64,000 nucleotides of DNA from Candidatus Krumholzibacteriota bacterium (GTDB taxonomy: Bacteria; Krumholzibacteriota; Krumholzibacteriia; JAJRXK01): positions 17,078 to 81,077 of the forward strand of contig CAVSGG010000012.1 in assembly GCA_963727455.1 (NCBI GenBank). Reading direction: 5' to 3'. Under the pieces are notes generated by a model, which saw nothing but the letters and a program-made list of their open reading frames with translations, ran no database searches and had not been told where the DNA came from. Both the position numbers and the translations under genes were made by a program. Positions 23,626-33,219 of this stretch are shown here, piece after piece. Every line of letters begins with the position of its first letter. Within the stretch, counting starts at the first letter, position 1.

Positions 23626-24927
23626 ATGACCAAGACTTACGTGCTCGACACCAATGTTCTTCTCCATGACGAGCAAGCTCTGGAATCCTTCGGCGCGAAC
23701 GACGTCGTGATCGCCCTGGACGTCCTGGAAGAGCTCGATCATTTCAAGACCCACCGCGACGAATTGGGCCGCGTGGCCCGCTACGTGGCGCGTCGGCTGG
23801 ACCTCTTGCGGAAACGGGGAAACCTCAACAGTGGAGTCCCTCTGGACAGCGGGGGGACCCTCATGGTCCGCTTTGGCGAAACGGGCGACAACCTCCCGCC
23901 CGCCATGGATCGCGCGATTCCGGACAATCGCATCCTCGCCACCGCGCTGCGTCTGCGCGACGAAGAGAGCCGGGACGTAGTCTTCGTCTCCAAAGACATC
24001 AATGCCCGCCTCAAGAGCGACGCCCTGGGACTCTCCACCGAGGACTATGATCGCGAGCGCGTGGAGTTCGATGAACTCTGGGATGGATACCGCACCATTT
24101 CTTTGTCCGCGCAGGAAATCGACGATTTCTATCGCGGGACTCCTCTCGCTTCGCCTGGGAACATGCTTCCCAACGAGCTCGCCCTCCTGCAGGACAACGG
24201 CAATCCCAAACACACCGCGCTCGCCCGCCACGATTGGGCCGAAAAGAGACTGACGCCGCTGCTCTTCGAGAACCGCGCTCCCTGGAAATTGCGGCCTCTG
24301 AACTTGCAGCAACACTTCGCGATCGAGCTCTTGATGGATCCGCAAATCAAACTGGTCACTCTCATCGGCAAGGCGGGAACCGGTAAGACCCTGCTCGCCC
24401 TCGCGGCCGGTCTCGAGCAGGTGGCCGAACAGCAAGTCTACCGGCGTATTCTGGTGAGCCGCCCCATCATGCCCTTGGGCAAGGACATCGGTTACTTGCC
24501 TGGCAGCAAGGAGGAGAAACTCGAGAGCTGGATGGAACCGATCTTCGACAATTTGAAATTCCTGGTGGACCCCATGCTGGAGGGAACCGAGGGAAAGATC
24601 GACTACCTCTTCGAGAAGGAATGGATTGAGGTCGAAGCCGTCACCTACATCCGCGGACGGTCCCTGCCCAAACTCTTCATCATCGTGGACGAAGCGCAGA
24701 ATCTCTCCCCCCATGAAGTCAAGACCATCGTGAGCCGGGCCGGTCACGACACCAAGGTCGTGCTCACCGGCGATCCCTACCAGATCGACAATCCGTACCT
24801 GGACGCGAGCTCGAACGGTTTGACTACTCTGGTCGAGCGCTTCAAGGACCAGGCCCTCTTCGGGCATATCACCCTCACCACCAGCGAGCGCAGCGAATTG
24901 GCGAGCCTCGCGGCGGAGCTGCTCTAG
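23626..24927 (+). CDS. PhoH2-type protein (N-terminal PIN domain fused to PhoH-like ATPase)
   Basis: MTKTYVLDTNVLLHDEQALESF…IALDVLEELD (PIN) and TLIGKAGTGKTLLALAAG (Walker A), FIIVDEAQNL (Walker B), VLTGDPYQIDNPY. Confidence 0.9.
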   Translation: MTKTYVLDTNVLLHDEQALESFGANDVVIALDVLEELDHFKTHRDELGRVARYVARRLDLLRKRGNLNSGVPLDSGGTLMVRFGETGDNLPPAMDRAIPDNRILATALRLRDEESRDVVFVSKDINARLKSDALGLSTEDYDRERVEFDELWDGYRTISLSAQEIDDFYRGTPLASPGNMLPNELALLQDNGNPKHTALARHDWAEKRLTPLLFENRAPWKLRPLNLQQHFAIELLMDPQIKLVTLIGKAGTGKTLLALAAGLEQVAEQQVYRRILVSRPIMPLGKDIGYLPGSKEEKLESWMEPIFDNLKFLVDPMLEGTEGKIDYLFEKEWIEVEAVTYIRGRSLPKLFIIVDEAQNLSPHEVKTIVSRAGHDTKVVLTGDPYQIDNPYLDASSNGLTTLVERFKDQALFGHITLTTSERSELASLAAELL

Positions 24928-24940
24928 GAGCGAGTCCCCC

Positions 24941-25705
24941 ATGTATCCGGTGCTCTTTCATCTCGGTCCCCTGAAGCTCTACAGTTTCGGGCTCATGGTG
25001 GTGCTGGCGTTTCTCAGCGGCGCATGGATCACCGTCAAGGAACTGCGCCGGAAGCAGCTGAAGCCCGACAACATGGACACCTATCCCCTCTTGGCCCTCT
25101 TGGGCGGGATCCTGGGAGCACGGGTCTACTTCCTCGTCGCCCACTACCACGAGCTGCTGCGAGACCCCCTGCACGCCCTGATCTCTGGATCGGGACTCAC
25201 CTGGTACGGAGGCGCCCTGGGCGGCGTCATCGCCACCCTGGGGTGGGCCAAACACAAGGGCCAAAACCTCTGGGCAATGTGCGACGCCTTCGCTCCCGGG
25301 CTCGCGGTCGCCTACGCGGTGGGGCGTATCGGTTGCCACCTTTCCGGAGACGGTGACTACGGCAAGCCGACGACTCTGCCCTGGGGCTATTCTTACGCCA
25401 AGGGAATCGTGCCGAGCCCGCCGGGAGTCCTCTGCCATCCCACCCCCATCTACGAAACCATTGCCATGCTGCTCGTGTTCGCGGTCCTGTGGAAGTTGCG
25501 CAGGCGGCTTTTGGGAAACGGGCAACTCTTCGGTGTCTACCTCATCCTGGCCGGCATCGAGCGCTTTTGGATCGAGTTTCTGCGCCTCAATCCACCGGTG
25601 GCGCTCAATCTCACCGTCGCCCAGTGGACCAGTCTCGGCGCCATCCTCTTGGGAGCAATTCTCTACCTCTGGCGGCGGCCGAACGCGGCCGCGACGGCGC
25701 GCTAG
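24941..25705 (+). CDS. lgt: Prolipoprotein diacylglyceryl transferase
   Basis: Intact 254 aa. LKLYSFGLMVVLAFL, GGILGARVYF, GLTWYGGALGG, GRIGCHLSGDG, HPTPIYE. Confidence 0.9.
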   Translation: MYPVLFHLGPLKLYSFGLMVVLAFLSGAWITVKELRRKQLKPDNMDTYPLLALLGGILGARVYFLVAHYHELLRDPLHALISGSGLTWYGGALGGVIATLGWAKHKGQNLWAMCDAFAPGLAVAYAVGRIGCHLSGDGDYGKPTTLPWGYSYAKGIVPSPPGVLCHPTPIYETIAMLLVFAVLWKLRRRLLGNGQLFGVYLILAGIERFWIEFLRLNPPVALNLTVAQWTSLGAILLGAILYLWRRPNAAATAR

Positions 25706-25707
25706 TC

Positions 25708-26640
25708 GTGGACCCCGGAGATTACTCTCTGCTCGACTCCGGCGACGGAGCGAAACTGGAACGCTTCCAAGAGATCGTTCTGGAGCGTCCCGCTCCCCAG
25801 TGTCTGTGGTCGCGGCGCGATCCGCAGGTCTGGCAAAATGCCCATGCGCGCTACCTGCGCTCCAGTGAGGGAGGCGGCGAGTGGGAGGAGCGCAGCCCCT
25901 TGCCCCAAGAGTGGTGGATCGATTGCGCGGGGATGCGGCTGCGTCTTTCGGCCACCGGCTTCGGCCACCTCGGGGTCTTTCCCGAGCAGTTCCCCTTCTG
26001 GGACTATCTGCGAGCCGAGTGCGCGGCTGTCGAGCCCCAGGCCCGCGTCCTGAACCTCTTCGCCTACACGGGCGGCGCCTCCATCGCCGCCGCCCAGGGC
26101 GGCGCTCGGGTAACGCACTGCGACGGAAGCAAGGGCATCGTGCAGTGGGCCAGCGAGAATGCCAGCGCCAACGGCTTCACCGACCGGGAGACGCCCGCGG
26201 CGAGCGGAGGCAGCATCCGCTGGATCATCGACGATGCGGACCGCTTCGTGGCTCGCGAGCTGCGCCGGAAGCGGCAGTACGAAGGTATCGTCTTGGATCC
26301 CCCCAGTTTCGGGCGCGGGCCCAAGGGGCAGGTCTGGAAACTCGAGCGCGATCTTCAGGGACACCTGACCCAGCTCGTGACCCTCCTCAGCGAGACTCCG
26401 CGCTTCCTTCTGGTCAGTGCACACACGCCCGGCGTCGATCCCCTGAGCTTGCAAAACCTCCTCGAAACATCCTTCGTCGCGGCTCGGCGCGAGCCGCACT
26501 TGATGCGGGGGCATCTCGCCTGTGGCAGCATGACCATTCGCGAAGCGGACGGTCGCCGCCGGCTTCCCAGCGGAACCTGGGCCCTCTGGACGATGAGCGG
26601 CGCCCAGCCGGACGCCGCGATTCTGAAGGAACCGGAATGA
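25708..26640 (+). CDS. Class I SAM-dependent RNA methyltransferase (RlmI/RlmK-like)
   Basis: GTG 25708 directly after the lgt stop. LLDSGDGAKLERF…GVFPEQ…VLNLFAYTGGASIAAA…IILDPPSFGRGPKG-type motifs (IVLDPPSFGRGPKGQVWK). Confidence 0.75.
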   Translation: MDPGDYSLLDSGDGAKLERFQEIVLERPAPQCLWSRRDPQVWQNAHARYLRSSEGGGEWEERSPLPQEWWIDCAGMRLRLSATGFGHLGVFPEQFPFWDYLRAECAAVEPQARVLNLFAYTGGASIAAAQGGARVTHCDGSKGIVQWASENASANGFTDRETPAASGGSIRWIIDDADRFVARELRRKRQYEGIVLDPPSFGRGPKGQVWKLERDLQGHLTQLVTLLSETPRFLLVSAHTPGVDPLSLQNLLETSFVAARREPHLMRGHLACGSMTIREADGRRRLPSGTWALWTMSGAQPDAAILKEPE

Positions 26641-27443
26641 GTGCCACTCCCGAGATCATCACGAGCGCTCAGAATCCGCGGATCAAGGAGCTGGTCAAAC
26701 TCCTCGATCGCCGTACACGCAAGCAGACCGGCCTCACCCGCATTGACGGGGCGCGCGAGTTGCTGCGCGCACTGGACGGCGGGGTGCTGCCGCGAATTCT
26801 CTACCTCTGCGAAGAGCTCGTTCGTTCAGAAGAGGGACGCGCGGCGCTGCGACGCTGCCGCGAAGCCGAGGTTCCCGTCCAGGCGGTGAGCGCACAGCTC
26901 AGCGAACACATCGCTTTTGGTGACCGGCGCGAGGGTCTGTGCGCGGTGATCGCGTGGCAACCGCTCGCCTTGCGCGAACTCGAGCTTCCCTCGCTCCCCT
27001 TGGTGCTAGTGGTTCAGGGAATCGAGAAACCGGGAAATCTCGGCGCCCTGTTGCGCACCGCCGATGCCGCGGGAGTCGACGCCTTTCTCCTCTGCGATCG
27101 CGCGACCGATGTCACCAATCCCAACACGATCCGCGCCAGCATGGGAACTCTCTTCACCCTCCCCGTCGCCGAGTCGAATTCCGCCGAGGCGGAGAGTTTC
27201 TTGCGCCAGCATGGCCTTCATGTCTTCACCGCCCGGCCCGAGTCCTCGCTGCCCTACTGGCGAGCCGCCTTCGATGCGCCCTGCGCGATCGTGGTGGGTT
27301 CGGAACACTCAGGACTGATGGACTCCTGGTCCAGCGCGGGTTTGACCGCACTCTCCATTCCCATGCGCGGAAAGGCCGATTCACTCAACGTGAACGTCTC
27401 GGCCGCCATTCTGCTCTTCGAGGCGGTGCGCCAGCGGAGCTGA
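26637..27443 (+). CDS. TrmH/SpoU family RNA 2'-O-methyltransferase
   Basis: ATG 26637 overlaps the preceding TGA (ATGA). LVVQGIEKPGNLGALLRTADAAGVD…NPNTIRASMGTLF…IVVGSEHSGL…IPMRGKADSLNVNVSAAILLFE. Confidence 0.85.
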   Translation: MSATPEIITSAQNPRIKELVKLLDRRTRKQTGLTRIDGARELLRALDGGVLPRILYLCEELVRSEEGRAALRRCREAEVPVQAVSAQLSEHIAFGDRREGLCAVIAWQPLALRELELPSLPLVLVVQGIEKPGNLGALLRTADAAGVDAFLLCDRATDVTNPNTIRASMGTLFTLPVAESNSAEAESFLRQHGLHVFTARPESSLPYWRAAFDAPCAIVVGSEHSGLMDSWSSAGLTALSIPMRGKADSLNVNVSAAILLFEAVRQRS

Positions 27444-27456
27444 GGCCGCGGCCCTC

Positions 27457-28944
27457 TCAGGCGATCACGGTCTCGATGCGGGCAATTCCACTGCGAGTGA
27501 GAACGATGCGGTAGCGCTTGAGCGAGGGGCTTCCCTCGTGCACCATGCGGGCGACCATGTTGAGGTGGTACACGCGCGTGCCGTGGATCCGTTGATAGCC
27601 CTCGTCGTCCATGATGAAGAGTTCCTTCTTGGGATCATCCATCTTGCGCAGGAATTCCTGGATATTCAGGCGCATGATGTCGTTGATACCGGAGATTTGA
27701 TGATCCGAGAAGATTTCGCGCACCGGACGTGGCTCGAGTTGTACTCGCTTCCGGTACAGGAGAGTTTGTTCGCCGCCCCAACCGTTCTCGATTTCGGTGA
27801 TGTGGTCCCGATCCCGTAGCGCGTGAATTTCAGCCGGGATCTTCCGCTCCGGAATGAACTCACAGCTCTCCTTGCAATAGCCCACGAACCCGCGCGAGGC
27901 GCTCTGGATCTTCGTCTTATGATCGAAGAGAGAGCGCGTGACGCGCCGCGAGAAGTAGAGGCGAAGCGAATCCTTGATACGATCTTTGAAGATGTAGCTG
28001 ATCACCAGAGCCAGAAAGAAGGGCGTGGTAAGCGTTCCGTACACGGATTGCGAGATGAACGCGGCACCGGTGGCAAAGACCATGGCGACTCCGGCCGCGA
28101 TTCCGAAAAGAGTCTGCTCGAGCAACACCCCGCTGGGCCGGGTCTTGGTGTCCAAGAAGAGAATGCTGGCCATGTACTTTTTCAAAACGCTGCGACGGAA
28201 TACCAGGGTTTCGTTGTCGCGCTCTTCCTCGGGAATGGAAGGGTAGCCGCGGCTTTCCCGGTACTGGACCTCGTTCTCGCTCACCGCCAGGAGCTTGTGC
28301 TTCAATTCTTGGCGGATGGAGTCCTTCGAAGCGTTCAGACCCTCCAAGAGATGAAAGGTGTAGTCTTCCACCAGCAGACTGATGTACTCGTCCCCGTAGG
28401 AATAGAGTTCGAGAGCGCGCTCCTGAATCCCCGGCATCTGCACGAATTTGCGCAGCTTGCGATACTCGGCGGTCAGGTCCGAGAGCGCCGCAACGTACTC
28501 CTCCACCAGGCGCTCTTTGTCCTCGCGCCCCGGCGTCCCCAGAATGTACTTCACGAAGTCGCGCGTTGCGCTCTTCAGGATGCAGCAGAAGATCTTGATT
28601 TCGTTTTCGTAGGAATCAGCGAGCTTTGCCGCATGCGGCTGCTGCACCCGCTCGACAGCGCTCTGCAAGAGCCCCAGCGGGCTCTGTGGTCCCTGCCCGA
28701 TCAAGAGCAGCGGCACCAAGGGCGTCTTGAGTCGAATGTATGTCTGCAGATCGGAATAGAACTGCTGCTTGGAATAGGTCTCGGGGTTGATGCCCAGGCT
28801 CCTGGGAGCGTAGAGATAGAGATCGAGCTCGTAGGAGGTGGTGCGCGCCTCCTCGGGCAGGGTATACCCCATTTTCAGTTCGACCTGATAGCGGTCATGG
28901 ATGCCGATCGAAGCTTCCAGCACTGTTCCCTTACTCCATTCCAC
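27457..28944 (-). CDS. Uncharacterised membrane protein (495 aa)
   Basis: Intact ORF with normal codon and amino-acid composition. Two central hydrophobic segments (LFGIAAGVAMVFATGAAFI; TTPFFLALVISYIF) sit between large soluble N- and C-terminal regions. I recognise no family. Confidence 0.7.
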   Translation of the reverse strand: MEWSKGTVLEASIGIHDRYQVELKMGYTLPEEARTTSYELDLYLYAPRSLGINPETYSKQQFYSDLQTYIRLKTPLVPLLLIGQGPQSPLGLLQSAVERVQQPHAAKLADSYENEIKIFCCILKSATRDFVKYILGTPGREDKERLVEEYVAALSDLTAEYRKLRKFVQMPGIQERALELYSYGDEYISLLVEDYTFHLLEGLNASKDSIRQELKHKLLAVSENEVQYRESRGYPSIPEEERDNETLVFRRSVLKKYMASILFLDTKTRPSGVLLEQTLFGIAAGVAMVFATGAAFISQSVYGTLTTPFFLALVISYIFKDRIKDSLRLYFSRRVTRSLFDHKTKIQSASRGFVGYCKESCEFIPERKIPAEIHALRDRDHITEIENGWGGEQTLLYRKRVQLEPRPVREIFSDHQISGINDIMRLNIQEFLRKMDDPKKELFIMDDEGYQRIHGTRVYHLNMVARMVHEGSPSLKRYRIVLTRSGIARIETVIA

Positions 28945-28956
28945 TTGAAGCAGCAG

Positions 28957-28996
28957 AAAAAGAAACGCGCCCCACCCTCGCGAAGGAGTGAGGCGC
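28957..28996 (-). terminator. Rho-independent terminator after the DUF1579 gene
   Basis: Minus strand: GCGCCTCAC-(12-nt loop)-GTGGGGCGC (9 bp including one G-U), followed by GTTTCTTTTT. Confidence 0.5.
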
Positions 28997-29016
28997 TTCC
29001 TCTTCGGCGAGTACGA

Positions 29017-29619
29017 TCACTTCTTGCGGTGGTAGGTCATTTTCATGTTGGTCATCCAGGTCTTTCCCTGATCCATGGAAACCGACATCTCCCAATACAC
29101 CTCGTCGTCGCTCTTCTGCTCGCCCCAGGCCTTCGTCAACTGGGGTTGGCCCATCATAAGGTCCTGGCCGCTCATCATGAGCTTTCCGTCCTTGAAGTCG
29201 CCGGTCATCTTGGACATGTGCGCGGACATCGTATCGATCCAGAACGACTCGTACTGACCCGTTTCGCGATTGAAGGTATCGAAACCGACACCCTTGAAGG
29301 GCATGCCCATGAACTCGCTGCTGAAGTCCATCCTCTGCATGCAGCCGTCGAGGGTGGGGGCCACTGTCGCCTCACCCTTGTAGGGCTGCCAATCGGCGGA
29401 AGGATCCGGTTTCACCTGCATGTCCACCGTCCACTCACCCTGCATGAAGGCGATCTCCTTCATCTGCGCGGGCGGTCCCGCGGGGGGCATGTCCCCCTCT
29501 GGCGTATCGTCCTGGGCCAGGATCGGGGCAGGGGCCATGCTAAAGATCGCGAGGGTGACGACCGCGAAGATTCGAATCCACGTGGGGCGCGAATCGCGCG
29601 CGAAGGTTCGTAGTCGCAT
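29017..29619 (-). CDS. Secreted DUF1579-like protein
   Basis: Signal peptide (IFAVVTLAIFSMAPAPILA), then FMQGEWTVDM…MGMPFKGVGFDTFNRETGQYESFWIDTMSAHMSKMTGDF… typical of DUF1579. GGAG precedes the ATG. Confidence 0.7.
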   Translation of the reverse strand: MRLRTFARDSRPTWIRIFAVVTLAIFSMAPAPILAQDDTPEGDMPPAGPPAQMKEIAFMQGEWTVDMQVKPDPSADWQPYKGEATVAPTLDGCMQRMDFSSEFMGMPFKGVGFDTFNRETGQYESFWIDTMSAHMSKMTGDFKDGKLMMSGQDLMMGQPQLTKAWGEQKSDDEVYWEMSVSMDQGKTWMTNMKMTYHRKK

Positions 29620-29720
29620 CGAAATTACTCCATTCGGCTTGGGGAAACTCAGCCAACTGAACGAGTGAGCTTGATTCCGCTCACTTTACATTTCATCTCA
29701 TACTTTGGCACCGGCTGCAA

Positions 29721-32700
29721 CTAGGCATTGAAGTAGCGCGCCGCCGGGTGATGAAATACCAGGGCTGAAACGCTGGCTTCCGGACTCATCATGCAGCCCT
29801 CGCTCAGCTCCACTCCGATCTCTTCGGGACGAAGCAAGTGGAACAACTCCCGCTGACCCTCCAAGTCGGGGCACGCGGGATAGCCGAAGCTGTAGCGCTT
29901 TCCCCGGTACTTGGCCTGCAGGCGCTGCGCCATGCTCAACTGCTCTGGATCGGCAAAGCCCCACGCAGCTCTCAACCTTTCGTGCAGCCATTCGGATGCT
30001 GCCTCCGCCGTCTCCAGGGCCAGGGCGGCCAGAACGTGGCTGCGCAGATATTCCCCCTCCTCTTTGAGTTCCGCGCTGCGCTGCAGGATTCCGTCACCCG
30101 CGGTGACCAGGAAGAGCGCCAGATGATCGCGCTGGCCCTTCTGCGGGGGAACCACGAAATCAGCGAGGCACAGTCCTTCCTTCGTTCTCTGGCGCGGAAA
30201 TTCCCATTGCGCCAGCGCTTCGCCTTCCCCGGCGCTTGCGCTCGAAAAGAGCTGAATCACATTGTCGTGAGCTTGCGCCGGAAAGAACTGCCATACCGCC
30301 TCCACCCGCATGATTCCCTCGCGACACTCGTTCTTCACTTCCTCCACCACTTCTTTCAACATGCGAGCCTTGGGATCGTCCGCCGCCAGCTTCCGCGAGA
30401 AATTGCCTTTGAAGCCGAGGTGTTTGCCATAGAGCATCTGCGGATTGAGATAGGCCCAGATCTCGTCCAGCTTCTCGACCGTCTCCACGTGACGCTCTCC
30501 ATCGGGGGGCTCGGGAATCGAATCCAGAGAGAGGTCTTGCTTCTTGCTTGGTGAAACTTCCGTCTGTGCCGCACTCGTGGACGCCTTCTCGCTACCGCCT
30601 CGAGCCGCCAGCGATCTCCTGGTCCGCTCCTCCTGTTCGGCCACGACCGGTCCAGGACCCTCCCGACCCAAAACCCTCTGAAAGAGATCGAGCCCGCCCA
30701 TGGCATCTTTTGCATAGAGCGTGGGTCCCGCGTACGCCGGCGCAATGCGTTCGTGGGTGAAGCGCGCGGAGAGCGCGGCTCCCCCCACGAAGAGCGGCAG
30801 CGAAATTTCCGCGGCCTTCAGGTCCTGCGCGGTCACCACCATCTGCTGCGCACTCTTTACCAAAAGCCCGGAGAGTCCGATGGCAGCCGGCTGCTCTTCC
30901 TTCACCGCTTTCACCAGGGCCTCAGGAGCGACTTTGATCCCCAGATTCACCACCTCGAAACCGTTGTTACTCAGGATGATGTCCACCAGGTTCTTTCCGA
31001 TGTCGTGCACATCGCCCTTCACCGTCGCCAGGATCACTTTGCCCCGGCTCGAGCTGCTCGACTTCTCCATAAACTGCTCGAGATGCGTGACCGCCGCCTT
31101 CATCGCTTCCGCGCTCTGCAATACCTCGGCAACGATGAGTTGGTTGTCGTTGAAGAGCCGGCCCACTTCGGCCATGCCGTCCATCAAGGGGCCATTGATG
31201 ATGTCCAGGGGATCGCTCTCCTTGCGCTTTCGCTCCAGATCGTCGACGAGACCCTCTTTGCTGCCGTCGATGATGTAACGCTGCAGTCGCTCGTCGAGCG
31301 GCAGCTCGGCCGAAGGCGTGTGCGACTTGCTCTTGGCGCCGCGGAAGTGCGTGGCAAACGCGGCCACCGGGTCCTCGCTGCGGTTGAAAAGTAGGTCTTC
31401 GGCGAGTTTCAGTTCTTCCTCGGGGATCGAAGCGTATCTCTCGAGGCGCTGACTATTTACGATGGCCAGGTCGAGTCCCGCCTTCGTGCAGTGGTACAAG
31501 AAGACCGCGTTCAGGACTTCGCGTCCCGCCGTGGGCAGTCCGAAACTCACGTTGGAAATGCCAAGGATGGTGCGGCAGTTGGGGAACTCCTCTTTGATGA
31601 GGCGCAAGCCCTCGATCGTCTCGCGCGCACTGCCCACGTAGGCCGCATCCCCGGTTCCACAGGGAAAGGTCAGGGGGTCGAAGATGATGTCCTCGTCGCG
31701 CAAACCATACTTTTCGATGAGGAGCCCGTGACTGCGCCGGGCGATCTCCAGCTTCCTCTGGCGAGTGACCGCCATCCCCTGCTGGGGATCCTCGTCGATG
31801 CATCCCACGACCACTGCCGCTCCGAAGCGCCGTGCCAGTGGCAGAACCTGCTCGAAGCGACTCTCCCCGTCCTCCAGGTTGATCGAATTCAAAATGGACT
31901 TGCCCTGGCAGTAGGGCAGCGCGATTTCGAATACCGCCTGGTCGGTGGTATCGATCATGAGAGGAAGCTTCACCTTCTTGATGACTTCCTCAAGAAAGGC
32001 GCTCATGTTGTGGCGTTCGTCGGCGTCAGGATCCGCCAGACAGATATCGAGAATCTGGGCGCCCGCTCTGGCCTGAGCCCGCGCGATTTCACTCGCGTCT
32101 TCGAATTTGCCGTCGGCGATGAGTCGCTTGAAACGCCGACTTCCGATGACGTTGGTCCTCTCTCCCACTAGCAGAGGCCGGTTGTCCGCAGTGGACTCCA
32201 CCAATTCGATTCCTGAATACAGCGCGCGGGAGTGCTCGGGAATTCTGCGCGGGGCCTTGCCCTTGACCATCTTCGCGATGGCTGCAATGTGCTCAGGAGT
32301 CGTGCCACAGCACCCCCCCACCAAGTTCACCCAACCCTCGTCCACGAAGCGTTCCAGCTCCTTTGCCATCTGGCTCGGCGTTTCGGGATAGTTGCCGTCG
32401 GTATCGGGTAGGCCCGCGTTGGGATGCACGCTCACTCGGGTTCGCGCGATCTCGCTCATCGAGCGCAACGAGTCGGCCATGAAGGCCGGGCCGGTGGCGC
32501 AATTGAGTCCGATGGCGAGAAGATCGAAGTGAGCCATGGAGGCCACGAAAGCCTCCGCGCTCTGTCCGGCCAACATGGTGCCGCTGGCCTCGATGGTGCC
32601 CGAGAGGATGATCGGCAGCTCGGTCCCACTCTCGATGAAGGCGCGCTGACAGCCCAAAACGGCGGCCTTTGCGTTCCGCGAGTCCTGTTGGGTTTCCACC

Positions 32701-33212
32701 AAGAGCAGGTCGGCGCCGCCCTCGACGAGTCCCATCGCCTGCTCGAAGAAGTGATCGAGCAGCTCCGTGAAGCTCACGCCTCCGGTGACGCTGATGGCCT
32801 TGGTGGTGGGACCCATGCTGCCCGCGACGAAGCGCGGACTCGTTGCGGAGAACTCCTCGCAGGCCTTGCGCGCCAATTGCGCCGCCTTGCGATTGAGTTC
32901 GCGACAACGATCGGCCAGGCCGTATTCGGCCAGCACCAGGGGGGTCCCGCCGAAGGTGTCGGTTTCGATGAGCTCCGCGCCCGCTTGGAGATAGCCGCGA
33001 TGGATCTTTAGGATGAGGTCCGGCCGAGTCTCGACGAGAATCTCGGGACAGCCTTCCTGTTCCTCTCCGCCGTAGTCTTGTGCGCTCAGCTCGGCGTCTT
33101 GGATGGCGGTGCCCATGGCACCGTCCAAAACGAGGATTCGCTCGGCGAGCAGGTGTCTCAGGAGTGAGGAGGAATCACGGAACTTCACCACAACCTTCCG
33201 GACGAGATTCAA
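29721..33212 (-). CDS. metH: Cobalamin-dependent methionine synthase
   Basis: Intact 1163 aa with Hcy-binding (ILVLDGAMGT, GGCCGTTPEHI), pterin-binding, B12-binding (GDVHDIGKNLV) and activation domains. The start may be a downstream GTG rather than TTG 33212. Confidence 0.95.
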   Translation of the reverse strand: MNLVRKVVVKFRDSSSLLRHLLAERILVLDGAMGTAIQDAELSAQDYGGEEQEGCPEILVETRPDLILKIHRGYLQAGAELIETDTFGGTPLVLAEYGLADRCRELNRKAAQLARKACEEFSATSPRFVAGSMGPTTKAISVTGGVSFTELLDHFFEQAMGLVEGGADLLLVETQQDSRNAKAAVLGCQRAFIESGTELPIILSGTIEASGTMLAGQSAEAFVASMAHFDLLAIGLNCATGPAFMADSLRSMSEIARTRVSVHPNAGLPDTDGNYPETPSQMAKELERFVDEGWVNLVGGCCGTTPEHIAAIAKMVKGKAPRRIPEHSRALYSGIELVESTADNRPLLVGERTNVIGSRRFKRLIADGKFEDASEIARAQARAGAQILDICLADPDADERHNMSAFLEEVIKKVKLPLMIDTTDQAVFEIALPYCQGKSILNSINLEDGESRFEQVLPLARRFGAAVVVGCIDEDPQQGMAVTRQRKLEIARRSHGLLIEKYGLRDEDIIFDPLTFPCGTGDAAYVGSARETIEGLRLIKEEFPNCRTILGISNVSFGLPTAGREVLNAVFLYHCTKAGLDLAIVNSQRLERYASIPEEELKLAEDLLFNRSEDPVAAFATHFRGAKSKSHTPSAELPLDERLQRYIIDGSKEGLVDDLERKRKESDPLDIINGPLMDGMAEVGRLFNDNQLIVAEVLQSAEAMKAAVTHLEQFMEKSSSSSRGKVILATVKGDVHDIGKNLVDIILSNNGFEVVNLGIKVAPEALVKAVKEEQPAAIGLSGLLVKSAQQMVVTAQDLKAAEISLPLFVGGAALSARFTHERIAPAYAGPTLYAKDAMGGLDLFQRVLGREGPGPVVAEQEERTRRSLAARGGSEKASTSAAQTEVSPSKKQDLSLDSIPEPPDGERHVETVEKLDEIWAYLNPQMLYGKHLGFKGNFSRKLAADDPKARMLKEVVEEVKNECREGIMRVEAVWQFFPAQAHDNVIQLFSSASAGEGEALAQWEFPRQRTKEGLCLADFVVPPQKGQRDHLALFLVTAGDGILQRSAELKEEGEYLRSHVLAALALETAEAASEWLHERLRAAWGFADPEQLSMAQRLQAKYRGKRYSFGYPACPDLEGQRELFHLLRPEEIGVELSEGCMMSPEASVSALVFHHPAARYFNA

Positions 33213-33219
33213 TCGGGGC

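Noticed and set aside
23578-24942. 454-aa minus-strand ORF mirroring the PhoH2 gene
   Set aside because: An antisense shadow ORF. The PhoH2 frame carries the Walker motifs.
25881-26636. N-terminal 250 aa of the long 25881-27443 ORF
   Set aside because: It overlaps the methyltransferase gene in another frame and is Arg/Pro/Gly-rich. TrmH homology starts at the ATG at 26637, which overlaps the upstream stop.
27823-29613. 596-aa plus-strand ORF across the 495-aa membrane-protein gene and the DUF1579 gene
   Set aside because: It spans two minus-strand genes and their terminator. The composition is biased (His/Leu/Arg/Gly-rich) and it has no ribosome-binding site.
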